Of a stretch of 64,000 nucleotides of DNA, positions 9,540 through 20,414 are shown piece after piece. Numbering within the stretch: position 1 is the first letter of the stretch; every line of letters begins with the position of its first letter. The stretch spans positions 1-64,000 of IMG/VR virus record IMGVR_UViG_2934470325_000001. The stretch is one strand, 5' to 3'. The notes under the pieces were generated by a model. That model did no database searches and had not been told where the DNA came from. It saw nothing but the letters and a program-made list of their open reading frames with translations. Origin of the DNA: a virus. Its lineage: Duplodnaviria > Caudoviricetes. The translations under genes and the position numbers were made by a program.

Positions 9540-9941
9540 ATGCGCTTTCCCAAGACTGCTACCGCCGCCGCCCTTCTCGCCGCTGTCGTGCTCGCCGGGT
9601 GCGGCAGCGACCAGCCGGCCACCTACGACAAGCCCGAAGACGTCGTCGCAGCCCTCGACAAGGAGGGGGTCCGCTGCGCCCAGTACACGCCCATCGACAA
9701 CCCGCAAAACGCGGTGGGGCGCGGCTCCTGCAACCTCGACGGGGAGCAGGTGATTGTCAGCGTGTACGCGACGGAGGCGGACGCTGAGGGGGAGCCGGAG
9801 CGGAAGCGGCAACTGCTGGGTGGCATGGATGTGCGGATGGTGGTGGGCGGGAATTGGACAATCACGTGTGTAGACGACGGGCAGTGCGGGCGGGTGGTGG
9901 AGGCGATCGGCGGGAAGACGGTGAACCTGCCGAAGCCGTGA
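9540..9941 (+). CDS. lipoprotein (moron)
   Basis: signal peptide with lipobox LAGC; antisense to surrounding operon. Confidence 0.8.
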   Translation: MRFPKTATAAALLAAVVLAGCGSDQPATYDKPEDVVAALDKEGVRCAQYTPIDNPQNAVGRGSCNLDGEQVIVSVYATEADAEGEPERKRQLLGGMDVRMVVGGNWTITCVDDGQCGRVVEAIGGKTVNLPKP

Positions 9942-9967
9942 GGTGAGGGCGGGGGTGGCGGGCGCGG

Positions 9968-10363
9968 TTACCTCCGGGCCTCCGTCCGAGCGGGCAGGGT
10001 CAGCCGGCGGTCCTTCGAATCACCGTTACCGCGACCGGCCAGAAAGCCGGCCTCCGACAGCATCATGTCGACGTCCATCAGCAGCATCGCCACGAACCGG
10101 TCGTACGGCAGCCGCCACGTCGGCGCGTCGTCTTCGTTGCGCAGAACCTCCGACACGGCACCCTCGTAGAACTCGTTGGGCCGGTAGTCGAGGATGACGC
10201 CGTCGTCGTCGGCGATGTCGGCCATGGCGGTGGTGTAGGCGTCGAGGTGGAGGGATTCGGTGGTCCACTTCTGGGGGAGGCCAGCAAGCCATTCGCGGGG
10301 GCCGACGAAGCGGGCACCGGTGCGGTAGGACCAGCGGTCGGTGTCGGTGGTGTAGTCGAACAT
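9968..10363 (-). CDS. hypothetical protein
   Basis: GAAGGAG RBS. Confidence 0.7.
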   Translation of the reverse strand: MFDYTTDTDRWSYRTGARFVGPREWLAGLPQKWTTESLHLDAYTTAMADIADDDGVILDYRPNEFYEGAVSEVLRNEDDAPTWRLPYDRFVAMLLMDVDMMLSEAGFLAGRGNGDSKDRRLTLPARTEARR

Positions 10364-10420
10364 GGTGGGCTCCTTCGGGTTGGGTTGGGGTAAGCCTCGG
10401 GACGCGGTGGGGCGAGTAGG

Positions 10421-11236
10421 TCAGTCCTCGGTCGTGTCCGACCCGCCGTGGCGGATGCGAATCCGGTTCTCGCTGAACCGCTCCCAGTTGGGGATCAGCC
10501 GGAACCGGGCGTGCTCGGCCACCTTCGCCGGGTCGACGTCGGTCACGTCCTGGCCGGTGCCGCGCACCATGCGGAACTCGCCGTGCTGCAACAACTGCGG
10601 CAGCGTCTCCCGCACCCGCTCGGCCGGCTCACCGGTGATGTCGGCGAGCCGCTGGAGGGACGTCAGGATCTCGTCGGGGTAGTCGAGGTTGTCGCACAGG
10701 TGGCTCAGGATCGCCTGCTCGACGGGCTCGTGGTCGGACTCCCACCGCATCCGGGCGTACCGGGCATTCTCGTCGGCGGGCATCGGCAGCAGCTCGTCGG
10801 GGCCGGGCATCTCCGTGTTGAGCCGCCACCGTTCCACGCCTCCGTCGGTGGTGTGGGTGCACAGGCCGATGGTGGCAAGCAGGTCGAACAGGTCCCGCAG
10901 GGTCGCGGGCATGGGGTGGCCGCCGTCGGTGACGGCCTGCTCGAACATCTGCTTGCTGCGGGCGTCGATCTGCTGCTGCTCGGGCGACGGCTCGTCGTCG
11001 CCGTCGTCTTCCCACGACCAGGCGAGCGGGGCGTCGAGGCCACCGAACATCAGGTTGTTGTCGGAGCCAAGGGTGATGTCGACCAGGTGGTCGAGGCCGC
11101 CGTCGATGTTCTGGGCGGTGGCGGTCGACAGGATGATGTTGATGGCGAGGGCCTGCCGGGGCAGAAACCAGTTCCATCCGTGGTCGGCGAAGTGGTTGTG
11201 GGTGGTGAGGTTCTTGACGGGCCGGGTGTCGGTCAT
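10421..11236 (-). CDS. hypothetical protein, possibly DUF6042-like
   Basis: GGAGG RBS; HGWNWFLP N-terminus; family call from memory. Confidence 0.6.
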   Translation of the reverse strand: MTDTRPVKNLTTHNHFADHGWNWFLPRQALAINIILSTATAQNIDGGLDHLVDITLGSDNNLMFGGLDAPLAWSWEDDGDDEPSPEQQQIDARSKQMFEQAVTDGGHPMPATLRDLFDLLATIGLCTHTTDGGVERWRLNTEMPGPDELLPMPADENARYARMRWESDHEPVEQAILSHLCDNLDYPDEILTSLQRLADITGEPAERVRETLPQLLQHGEFRMVRGTGQDVTDVDPAKVAEHARFRLIPNWERFSENRIRIRHGGSDTTED

Positions 11237-11250
11237 GGGGTTCCTCCGGT

Positions 11251-12627
11251 CTACAGCTTCTCGTCGTAGCGGTCTTGGTTGGCGTGGCTGTTGATCATTC
11301 GGCGTGGGTGTTGTGGGTGCATGATCGGCGCGTCTGTCAGGTCGCCGGTCAGCCACTCCTGCATGTTCTCGGCGCAGGCGTTACCCCGCTTGCTGCTGCG
11401 ACGCTGCTGGTCGCGCTGTTCGATGGGAACGTAGCCGCTCGCCCGTCGGCAGTCTGCGCAGCGCATCCACCCCGTGTATGGCATGGCCAGGTTGCCGCCC
11501 TCAAAGCCGTGGTCGCAGCATGGCTGGCCGGCGAGCTGGGCGACGAAGGCGCTTCGGGTTTCGCTGGTCATGGGGGTGCAGGCGGGGCAGTCGGCGGGGT
11601 AGGGGCGATCCCACTGGTCGTGTGCGGTGGTCTTGCCGGTGCCGCCGCAGTGGCCGCAGCCGCCACGGCTGGTACCGGTGAGCGCGGCACGGGCGGTGGC
11701 GATGATGCCGACGATGTCCCGGTTGCGCTGCACGTGTCGCCAGAAGCCGGGCTTCTGGACGTTGCACTGCTCGACGATGACGGGGATGAGGCGGTGTGCT
11801 TCGTCGGTGTCGACGCCTTCCTCGGCGAGCACCTGGTAGTCGGGGGTGTTGGGTTTCGGGTCTTCTGACGTAGTCGACTCGTCTCTCTCTCGATCGTCGG
11901 CGGGGTCGCGCGGACCCGGAACGGACGTACGAGCAGAGAGAGAAGAGGGTTGGTTTTCTTCTTTACCGGGTTGGTGCTGGGTAGGTATAGCGGAACTGGT
12001 TGCCCCGTGACTCACCCCTCCATTGCCCCGTGACTCCTCAGTCGCGGGAACTGGTTGCCCCGTGTCTCCCGTGGCGTCACCCAGACTCACGGGGGTGTCG
12101 GTGCCCCGTGATTCACGGGGGCGACGTTGCCCCGTGCTCTTGTTGCGGTTCTTCTCCTTGACAGCTTCGATCTCGGCGTCGATTTCTTCCTTGCTGCGAA
12201 CCTTGGCGATCTTGTCGAGATCGTGGGGGACAGTAAGCCGGTACTCGCCACCGTTGCCCTCCCGCTCCGGGGTGGTCACGCCGCCGCCGCGCTGCACGAG
12301 GGTGAGCAGCTTGTAGGCGCACAGGGTGCGAAGGATGCCCTTGGCCGTCTTGTAGTCGACCTCGCAGGACACGGCTATGCGCGCCGGCCCCAGGTAGACC
12401 TGACTGCCGTCAGCGTTGCCCCAGTAGGAGGCGCGGAATGCCACCCCCTTGAGGCTCTTGCCAGCGGGTCGCTTGATCGGCTTGCCAGCCGAGTCGACGA
12501 GTTCGGGGCTCTCGTCGAAGTCGATGCTGGTGACGATGCGCACCCACTCGTAGCTGCCGACTGCACGCCGGTCCGACTCCCTGTTCACGCGCGCCGCCGG
12601 GGGCTGCGTGGGGGAGTCACGGGGCAC
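11251..12627 (-). CDS. replication initiator-like protein (N-terminal wHTH, C-terminal Zn-finger motifs)
   Basis: WGNADGSQVYLGPARIAVSCEVDYKTAKGILRTL...GEYRL; low-complexity linker with DNA repeats; CGHCGGTG..CPAC. Confidence 0.7.
   Translation of the reverse strand: MPRDSPTQPPAARVNRESDRRAVGSYEWVRIVTSIDFDESPELVDSAGKPIKRPAGKSLKGVAFRASYWGNADGSQVYLGPARIAVSCEVDYKTAKGILRTLCAYKLLTLVQRGGGVTTPEREGNGGEYRLTVPHDLDKIAKVRSKEEIDAEIEAVKEKNRNKSTGQRRPRESRGTDTPVSLGDATGDTGQPVPATEESRGNGGVSHGATSSAIPTQHQPGKEENQPSSLSARTSVPGPRDPADDRERDESTTSEDPKPNTPDYQVLAEEGVDTDEAHRLIPVIVEQCNVQKPGFWRHVQRNRDIVGIIATARAALTGTSRGGCGHCGGTGKTTAHDQWDRPYPADCPACTPMTSETRSAFVAQLAGQPCCDHGFEGGNLAMPYTGWMRCADCRRASGYVPIEQRDQQRRSSKRGNACAENMQEWLTGDLTDAPIMHPQHPRRMINSHANQDRYDEKL
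11930..12136. repeat. putative origin: TGCCCCGTG iterons with adjacent A/T-richer tract
   Basis: Copies at 12001, 12024, 12056, 12102, 12128; inverted CACGGGG at 12088, 12114; inverted copy at 12614-12626. Confidence 0.75.
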
Positions 12628-12707
12628 TCAGTACCCTGTGTCATCAGCGGAGGTACCTCTCCGTTAGGGGCTGGGGCCTAGGCGTTGGCGCGCCTCCCGG
12701 CCCCGAC

Positions 12708-12998
12708 CTATTCCTGCGGTTGGCCGGTTGAGAAGCTCTGGCGCTTGCGGCGCTGGCGTTCGGCTGCGGCGCGGCGCATCTCTGCCCGCTGCTCCTCAGT
12801 CATCGCGTCCTGGCGGATCATCTCTCGCGTCCGGTCCAGGGCCTTCGAGATGGCCGTCTGGGTTACGCCGTCGGCGAGGGCGGCCCGGAGGGTTTCGCGG
12901 TAGCGCTCCTCGGCGCGGCTGATCTCCTGGTACGCCTCGATCACGTCTTGCAAGCTGGTCACCTCCATATGGTCTGGGTTGCCCAATGTCATTGGCAA
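12708..12998 (-). CDS. small HTH repressor-like protein
   Basis: ALADGVTQTAISKALDRTREMIR; divergent from strong promoter. Confidence 0.7.
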   Translation of the reverse strand: MPMTLGNPDHMEVTSLQDVIEAYQEISRAEERYRETLRAALADGVTQTAISKALDRTREMIRQDAMTEEQRAEMRRAAAERQRRKRQSFSTGQPQE

Positions 12999-13027
12999 CT
13001 CTGCCGAGAATTCTAGGCCAAGAACTC

Positions 13028-13056
13028 TTGACGATCAACCCGGGGTCGCCTAATGT
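13028..13056 (+). promoter_or_regulatory. sigma70-type promoter
   Basis: TTGACG-17bp-TAATGT; flanked by GCCRAGAAYTCT repeats and GTTGCCCAATG/CATTGGCAAC inverted repeat. Confidence 0.7.
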
Positions 13057-13128
13057 TCTAGTCATCGCCAAGCGGCAACGGAGGCAGCGCCAACTGCCAC
13101 CGGAGCCCCGATCGGGAGGTACCCCGAG

Positions 13129-13797
13129 ATGCCGAACGCTGTCATCAGCGTGCCCGGCCAGCAGGTCGTCACGACCGCCGGCCGGTACACCATCACCGCG
13201 CAGATCACGGTCGACGGCGGCCACAGCATCCACGTGATGCTCGGCCCGAACCCCGTCTCCGAGCTGTGCTTCTCCACCCCGGACCGCGCCACGGCCAGCC
13301 GTGCCTTCCGCACCATCGCGGAGGGCGGCGAGCAGGGTGTTCGCCCGGAGGGCATCCGGCAGGCGCTCACCGACGCCCTCGTCCACGACTTGCACGAGGT
13401 GCAGCGCCGCCGGGACGACGAGTCCACCAGCCGCGTCGAGCACATCAACGCCCTGCTGGACCGGCTGGAGTCGCCGGCCAACACCGCCGCCGTCGCCGAG
13501 CTGGCCGACCACGTGCGCCGGAACCTCGCCGACACCGTGCCCGCCGGCCGCCCCACGCAGGTCGCCTCCCCGTCCCGCACCCGCATCGAGCACAAGCCGC
13601 TCACCAAGCCGCAGCAGCGGATCGTCGCCGGCCACATCAATGGCGTCGTCTACGCCGGCAACGGTGTCGCCTGGACGTCGCTGCTGTCGATCGCCCGGAA
13701 GGGCCACGCCGCCGAGGTGCACTACCAGCCGGGCACGAAGAAGATCGCGTCGATCGTGCTGCGCGGCTACGGTGCCGACGCGAAGGCGGTGGCGTGA
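13129..13797 (+). CDS. hypothetical protein
   Basis: GGAGG RBS; first gene of rightward operon. Confidence 0.7.
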   Translation: MPNAVISVPGQQVVTTAGRYTITAQITVDGGHSIHVMLGPNPVSELCFSTPDRATASRAFRTIAEGGEQGVRPEGIRQALTDALVHDLHEVQRRRDDESTSRVEHINALLDRLESPANTAAVAELADHVRRNLADTVPAGRPTQVASPSRTRIEHKPLTKPQQRIVAGHINGVVYAGNGVAWTSLLSIARKGHAAEVHYQPGTKKIASIVLRGYGADAKAVA

Positions 13798-16186
13798 TGA
13801 TCCGCGTGGTTCGCGCCAACACCATCGCCGACCTTCAGTACGCAGTGTTCGCCCTCCGTAACCTGGCCGCCCACCTCGCCGACGGTCACACCCCGCCGCC
13901 TTGTGCCGGTGACGGCTGCTGCGGGTGCGGCCGGTGGATGGCGGACGTGGTCACCCCCACGGGGGAGGGCTACTGCCGTCGGTGTGTGGCCAGTCTCGGT
14001 GTCGCCGGGTGGAAGCCGTTCACGGCGGACGGGCTGACCGCTGAGGGGGATGGCGTGATGACCACGATCACCGAGATCACCGCCGCCGACCTGCTCACCA
14101 CCGACTCCACCACCGTCGCCATCCACCCGGGCATCCCGTTCGCGTGGGTGGGCTCCAAGTCCGTCGCCGACAACTACGCCAACAGCATCGACTGGTTGAC
14201 CGTCACCAACCCGGAGGACGACGACACGCACGTCATCGTGGAGATTGGCGACGACGAGCGGGTGGCCCTCCCGAAGACGATGACGCTGGTCGTGAAGGCG
14301 GTGGCGCTGTGAAGGACGACATCCGCGTCACCATCCGCGACGCCGACGGCAGGTTCCTCAACGACCTGCACACGAACTCGCCGCAGATTGCCGACGAGCG
14401 CATCGCCCTCTGGACGGCGGCGTACCCGAACGCCCGGGTGGAGCGGACCGAGGGTGAGTGGTGCGACCACTACCCAGGCCGTACCAGTCACCTTCCGAAC
14501 TGCCGCAGCGGAGGTGCCCGGTGACCGCCCCGACGCTCACCCGCACCGCGTTCTTCATGCCCGACGAGCCCGCCTGGTGTGTCGGCTGCCGCAACCCCGA
14601 CCCCGGTGTCATCGACCACTACTCCCGCACCTGGAAGGGCACCGACCTGTGCGAGGGCGCGTCGTGGCGCATCCAGGTCACCCAGCGGGTCCAGCAGGGC
14701 CCGACCGGTGCCGTCATCGAGGGGTTGGCGGTCATCGACGTGACCGGCGCAGAGGGCACCTACGGGTCTACGGTCGAGTTCGCCCGCGCCCTGCTCGCGG
14801 CGGAGGCACTCAAGAACACGATCAACGCCGACCGTAGGCGGGGTGTGTGATGGCGACGGTTCTGCCCAGTGTTGGTGACGTGGTTGCCGTCGAGCGTCAC
14901 AGCCGGCCCTGCGGCGGCACCGTCACCGCCGTCGACACCATCGGCGGTGACACGGTCATCGAGGTGGACGTGGTCGGCGGTGACCGGTATTGCTGCGGCC
15001 CCAACGACGTGACTGTGGTTCCGATCCCGGCCGCCGGCCAGCGGTGGCGGTGCCTGACCGACCCGAACCTTGTGCTGGTGGTCGAGTCGGCTTCCGGTCC
15101 GCTGGCGGACTGCCGCACCTCCGCCGGTCTTCCGGTCGGCAACGTGATCCTGCCCGGCTGGTACGAGCTGCTCGGCGGTGACCTGTGACCGCCCTGGCGC
15201 AGGGGGCCGCCCTGGCTTTGATCGCTGCCGGTGGTGTGGCCGCTGACCAGTTCGAGTCGGTGTTCCTGCCCGCCACGGTGGCCCCGTCTGAGGCGGGGGA
15301 GGTGCGGCTGCTGGTGGTCACCGCCATTGCTCGTAGCCTCGCCTACCGGACGGCACCGGCTCGGGTGCCGGGCGTGTACCCGGTGCAGTTGACCACGCTG
15401 GGGGAGGCCGTGCTTCGGCGCGGCAACCCCGCCGACTACGCCTCGAAGCACGCGTTCGACGTGCTCGACGGCGCGGTGCAGGCGACGGAGGTTCGGTCGT
15501 GAACGGGCCGAGCCGGCGGGCGCGCACGGAGGTCGTGGCGCAGGCCGCCGCACTCCAGCCCGCCGCGCTGGTGCTCGACCGGGCTGCCACGTCGGGGGCC
15601 CCGCGCAACGAGCGGTACACGGCGCAGCGGCCCACGATGAAGGCCGGCACCCGGTGACCGCCGAGGTGCGCAGCATCAACGCGCAGCGGGACCGCAACCA
15701 GCGTGCCGCCGACAACCGGCTGCTGGCCGAGGCGGAGAAGATCCGCGACGGCCTGACCAGCAGCAACGACAAGCGCCGCAACTCCAAGTAGACCTGGTGG
15801 CCCCGTCGAGGGGGCGGGGCCACCACACCCTTCCGCATCCTTTTCATCCCGCTTTAGGAGCATCCCATGACCACGTCCGTGACCATCGGCTACACGTCCC
15901 GCGAGACCCGCACCGTTCGCACCGTCCAGACCGGCGACGGGGAGCAGCGCACCATCCGGGTCCGTCCCGGCCGCTCCAACAGCCGCCGCGACGCCATCCG
16001 CGCTTCCCTCGGGTACGGCCGCTGATGGACGCCGAGCTGCCTGCCGTGTGCGGCCGATGCCACATCATGCCCGCCGCCACCGGCCAGGCGTGGTGCGTCG
16101 ACTGCACCGAGAACGACAACGCCGACGGCTATACGGCCGGTGTGCCCCTGTGGGATGCCGGGCTCGACGCCGACGGGCAGCCGTAG
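13797..16186 (+). other. run of small coupled hypothetical genes (e.g. 14057-14312, 14309-14524, 14521-14850, 14850-15188, 15185-15502 wHTH-like)
   Basis: overlapping start/stop codons, phage-like. Confidence 0.55.
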
Positions 16187-16274
16187 CCGGTCGTTGCGCC
16201 GCCGTGGCCCTCACCCCTGCCCGGGTGAGGGCTGCGGGGACACCGCGACCGCGAGTGCCCAGAAGGGGGAATCC

Positions 16275-16784
16275 ATGACCGTCGACTACGACCTGCCACC
16301 CGACGAGCACACCACCAGCAGGCAGGCCGCCACCTGGGATCTGCGCGACGCTGCTGACCGGGCGGAACAGCACCTCGACCGGGCCGACGCGAAAGCCACC
16401 CACGCGTTTGGCGCGGCAACGTTCGTGGCGGCCGGCGTGTTCACCGTCGCCCACCAGCCGGGCACGCCCTCGTGGGTGTGGGTGGCCCTGTCCGCCGGTG
16501 TCGGAGCGCCTGTTGCCGCCGCGCTGCTGTGCACGGTCGCCGCCTGGCTGCCCCGCTTCGACGGCGGCCACGGCTTCGCCGTCTACGCCGGTGCCACGGC
16601 CGAGGATCTGCCCCGGCTGGTGGCCGCCGACCAGACCAACACCGCTGGTCGGCTCGCGTGGACGGCACGCCGGGTGTACCGCAAGTACCAGCTCATCCGG
16701 GCCGCCGGCCTGCTGACCGGGTTCGCCGTCATCGCCGCCGCTGCGGTCGGCGGTATCGCGCTCGCCGTCCACCTGGCCAGCTAA
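16275..16784 (+). CDS. Pycsar-effector-like (DUF5706) membrane protein
   Basis: DRADAKA before TM1, LPR after TM2, RKYQLIRAA before last TM. Confidence 0.7.
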   Translation: MTVDYDLPPDEHTTSRQAATWDLRDAADRAEQHLDRADAKATHAFGAATFVAAGVFTVAHQPGTPSWVWVALSAGVGAPVAAALLCTVAAWLPRFDGGHGFAVYAGATAEDLPRLVAADQTNTAGRLAWTARRVYRKYQLIRAAGLLTGFAVIAAAAVGGIALAVHLAS

Positions 16785-16810
16785 CCCACACCCAACCGAG
16801 AGGAACCGTC

Positions 16811-18379
16811 ATGGCGAACAAGAACAGCAGCGACAGCAGCAGGGCCGCCCTGGTAGGGCAGACGATCCGGTCGACCGGCGACCTGTCCCCGAGCAAGCGC
16901 ACCGTGGCCCTCGACCAGGCGCTCAACGGCAGCGCCCGCAGCAAGTAGCTGTGCGGTGGGGCGCGGGAGCCCTCTGACAAGCGACCCGCGCCCCACCCGA
17001 CCTCAACCAGAGATCACCCCTGACCGGCCGACACCCAAGACGACCGGCAGGAAGCCAACCCCCCGAAAGGAGCCGACCATGCCGAAGCGTACCTCCCAGG
17101 ACGGCCGCGCCACCGACGCCGACCGGCGTCTCATGGCTGCGGTGGCGAGCGAGTCCCGCCCCTACACGGACCCGCGCGCCGACTACCCCATCGCCCGTAC
17201 CGCCCGGAAGGCCCTCGCCGACGGTGCCGCCCGAAGGGACGCCGCGTGAACACCGGCCAGCCCGCCAGCGGGCACAACGCCGCCGGTCTGCTGCACGCGG
17301 GTTTCGGCCTACTCGCGCGCCTTACCGGCGTGATGGCGGCCGTCGCCGCCGTGGGGCTGCTCGCCGGCCTCACCGTCGCCCCGGACTGGAAGGTCCGGTC
17401 CCTCGCCGGCCTGCTCGTGTTCGGCGGCGCGTCGGTGCTGCTGCACGCGGTCAGCGTCGCCTTCCGTCCGGAGGTGGAGCGGTGACCGGCCAGCACGAGT
17501 GGTTCCGGCAGCAGCGCATCGCCCGCAACCGGGCCGAGCGGCTGGAGATGATGGCGGAGGCGCAGCGGCAGGCCGAGCAGCGCAACGCCCAGCGCGACAC
17601 GCAGGCCGCGCGGTGACCGCAGGACAGCAGATCGCGGGGGTGGCCGTAGGTGGCCACCCCCGCACCACCCGCCGCCGGCCCGTCGAGTACACGCCCCGGC
17701 CCCGCCGCTGCCTGTGCGGCACCGACACCGAGACGAGTCCCTGCCCGGCAAACTGCCCCACGAGGGAGACCCGATGACCCCGCCGCTGCTCAACGCCCAG
17801 CCCGCCCGCATCCACCGCCGGGCTGTCCCGTCGACCGCTGGCAGCGCCCACGCCCGCCAGGCCGAGAAGCACCGGGAGGCGTTGGCCCGCAATGAGCCTG
17901 TCGTCGTCCGTGTGGACGGCTACGGGCGCGGCTGGTATGTGGAGGCCGTCGCCGACGGCATCTACCACCTGTGGCGGGACGGCGCGACGCTGATCGCCGC
18001 CTGGACCGACGTGCCCCTCGGGCAGTAGGAGACTCCCGCCATGCCGTTTGTGCCCGCCCCGCAGCCCTGCTGGCTGATCCTCGCTGAGGACGACTGGCTG
18101 GGCTGCGGGGCGTGCTGGGGTCGGGCTACCGCGTTGGCGGCAGTGGTGTGGGCCGAGGAACTGGCGGCGGGTGCGGTCATGGACGGGCCACCGGTGGTGC
18201 GCCTCTCCGACGGGTACTGCGTGCTGCTGTCCTGCTCGGGTTGTGGCGAGTGGTGGGCTGCCGAGGATGGGATGGCGGTGCACTCCGCTGAGATGGTGGA
18301 GGCGCTGAAAGGCGCGTTCGAAGACGGGTGGGTGGGGGACGTGTGCCCAGCCTGCCAGGCCGCCGAGCTGATGCCCTAG
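16811..18379 (+). other. small hypothetical genes (16811-16948, 17079-17249, 17246-17485 membrane, 17774-18028, 18041-18379 Cys-rich)
   Basis: RBS/start signals, coupling. Confidence 0.5.
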
Positions 18380-18645
18380 GTTTGCTCGCTCTGCCGCCTG
18401 ACCTTTGCCATCCCCCCCATCCGGGCTGGGGGAACGTCGTCGGGGCGCAGGTTGCGCACGTGCGCGGTAGATCTGCCTACGCGCATGGCGATCTCGGTGG
18501 GGCCGACCTTCGCGCGCCATGCCGCCTCGATGGCGGCGCGTTCTCGCTGGTCTAGGAGGTGGATTCGCCGGTCGAGCTTGCGCCGCTCGGTGGCGATGGC
18601 GTCGAGTTCGTCGCGGGCATCCTCACGGGCTTCCTCAGGTGTCAT
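18376..18645 (-). CDS. small HTH repressor-like protein (leaderless)
   Basis: VGPTEIAMRVGRSTAHVRNL; TAACCT -10 six nt before ATG. Confidence 0.7.
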   Translation of the reverse strand: MTPEEAREDARDELDAIATERRKLDRRIHLLDQRERAAIEAAWRAKVGPTEIAMRVGRSTAHVRNLRPDDVPPARMGGMAKVRRQSEQT

Positions 18646-18651
18646 GAGAAC

Positions 18652-18726
18652 AGGTTAGCGCTATGCCGTTGCGCTTCGCTAGTCACTGGGTTACAGTGGA
18701 TAGGTAAGCGCAATAAGAAAGCGCTA
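18652..18726. promoter_or_regulatory. divergent promoters with AGCGC(A/T)A operator repeats
   Basis: TTGCGC-17bp-TACAGT (18669-18697); motif at 18656, 18669, 18707, 18720. Confidence 0.65.
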
Positions 18727-18747
18727 GATGTTAGCGGTGATGGTTGA

Positions 18748-19140
18748 ATGGAGGCCGCCATGCGGGAGATCCGCCACACCAACGGCCAGGTCCGCTACCT
18801 GCTGGGCAACCCCACCGGCGTCATCGAGTTCCGGGCCCTCCCCACCGCGACGACCACCATCGAAACGCTGATCGTCCACACCCCCGCCTGCAACGGCGAC
18901 CAGTGCGCCGCCCACGACTGGGACTGCGACGCCGAAACGCCCGACGACAACATCACCCTCGCCTGGTGGGCCGGCGACGACACGGGCATCTGGGTCGGGC
19001 TCGCCGCCTACGCGATCGCCCAGGACATCAGCAGCATCCCGCAGCCGCCCACCGAGCCGTCACACGAGCAGCGGGCGCTGATCGGCAGGCTCCGCGCCAT
19101 CGCCGACCGCATGACCAACAACCCCGGCTACTTCGGCTGA
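18748..19140 (+). CDS. hypothetical protein
   Basis: first gene after promoter. Confidence 0.65.
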   Translation: MEAAMREIRHTNGQVRYLLGNPTGVIEFRALPTATTTIETLIVHTPACNGDQCAAHDWDCDAETPDDNITLAWWAGDDTGIWVGLAAYAIAQDISSIPQPPTEPSHEQRALIGRLRAIADRMTNNPGYFG

Positions 19141-19153
19141 CAGGAGCCCCGCC

Positions 19154-19444
19154 ATGCCACGCAAGACCGGCACCCTCTGCCCCGGATGCAACGCCGATCT
19201 GAACGCCCGCAGCATCACCCCCAGCACCAAGAGCCCCGGCTGGTGCAGCGACTGCAAGCCAGACAAGACCAACCACCTCATGCTCGCCGGAGACTTCGCC
19301 ACGTTCTGCGGCAAGTTGACGAACGAGACCAGCGCCGACCCGGATGCGACCGTGAACGCATATGAGCCGCTGTTTCCCGGCGGCAGCGACACCAACTGCG
19401 CCGACTGCGCTCGGGTGCTTCGCCGCAAGCAGCGCGGCTACTGA
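19154..19444 (+). CDS. Cys-rich hypothetical protein
   Basis: AGGAG RBS; CPGC, CSDC, CADC. Confidence 0.65.
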   Translation: MPRKTGTLCPGCNADLNARSITPSTKSPGWCSDCKPDKTNHLMLAGDFATFCGKLTNETSADPDATVNAYEPLFPGGSDTNCADCARVLRRKQRGY

Positions 19445-19459
19445 GCCGTCAGCGGCAAA

Positions 19460-19516
19460 CGCCGGTCGGCCGCCGAAGGCCGCAAGCCCGGGAGTCGCAT
19501 CCCGGACCGGCGACCA
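19460..19516 (+). ncRNA. tRNA-like mini-RNA 1 (57 nt)
   Basis: CGCCGGT/ACCGGCG 7-bp acceptor stem, CCGGG/CCCGG T-like stem, 3' A-CCA; intergenic. Confidence 0.6.
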
Positions 19517-19550
19517 CAACCCCGTCCACCCGTCACGGAAGGAAACCCCG

Positions 19551-20405
19551 ATGACCGCCCCCACCACCTGCACCACCGACACCGTCGAGGTCACCACCCC
19601 CGGCGGCACCCACCACTACGACCGGCTCACCCTCGCCCTCGCCTGCCGGCTGTGGCGGTCCGGCCCCTACACGGCCACCTGGGCGGACCGCTCCACCAAC
19701 ACGGCCGCCGCCCTGCACGGCGACCTGCCCCGCCTGACCCGGGTGGAGTGCCTCCGGTACGCCGCCGCCGCCGAACACATCAACCGCAACAACCACTGAC
19801 CGAGAAGCCCGAGACAGGAGAACCACCTTGAACACCACCCACAGCCCCCGAGTCGGCGACACCATCGACGTCAACACCGGCAACGGATGGACCCTCGGCG
19901 TCGTCTCCTGGACCGGGGCCGGCGCACTCAAGGTCGGCCTCGACAACGGCACCACCTGGGAAGGTCACCCCAACCAGACCCGGCCCGCGCCGACGCCCGC
20001 CCACAAGTACGGAGACATCGTCACCGCCGCCGGCCACGACGGGACGTGGCGTGTCGTGCACGTCGGCCCGTCCACCCCGGCGCAGCGGGCGGCGGGGGAG
20101 GGCCCGCACATGTACGCACTCGTCAACACCGTGACCGGTAAGCCCGCCAAGGCCAGCACGGTTCAGGCCGCCTGACCTACCGCTTCCTCAACCAGACAGG
20201 AGCACCCATGACGACCAAGAAGGCCGCCGACCTCCAACGCGGTGACGGCGTCATCATCGCCCCCAACGACAAGAGGGTGGTCGAAGCCGTCAGCTTCACC
20301 GACACGCCGATCGACACCAACGGCACCACGGGTGTCCGCGTCCAGTGGTTCGGGCGGACCATCACCAGCGTGATTGCCGCCGACAAGGACTTGACCACCT
20401 ACTGA
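19551..20405 (+). other. three hypothetical genes (19551-19799, 19828-20175, 20208-20405)
   Basis: each has a purine-rich RBS. Confidence 0.6.
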
Positions 20406-20414
20406 CCTTCGACC

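Noticed and set aside
12628-12665. CTGATGA on minus strand suggesting a hammerhead ribozyme
   Set aside because: No GAAA after the putative stem II and no stem III
15795-15825. Hairpin ending in CACCA as another mini-tRNA
   Set aside because: The ACCA is paired with TGGT in an 11-bp stem and there is no T-loop; an ordinary hairpin
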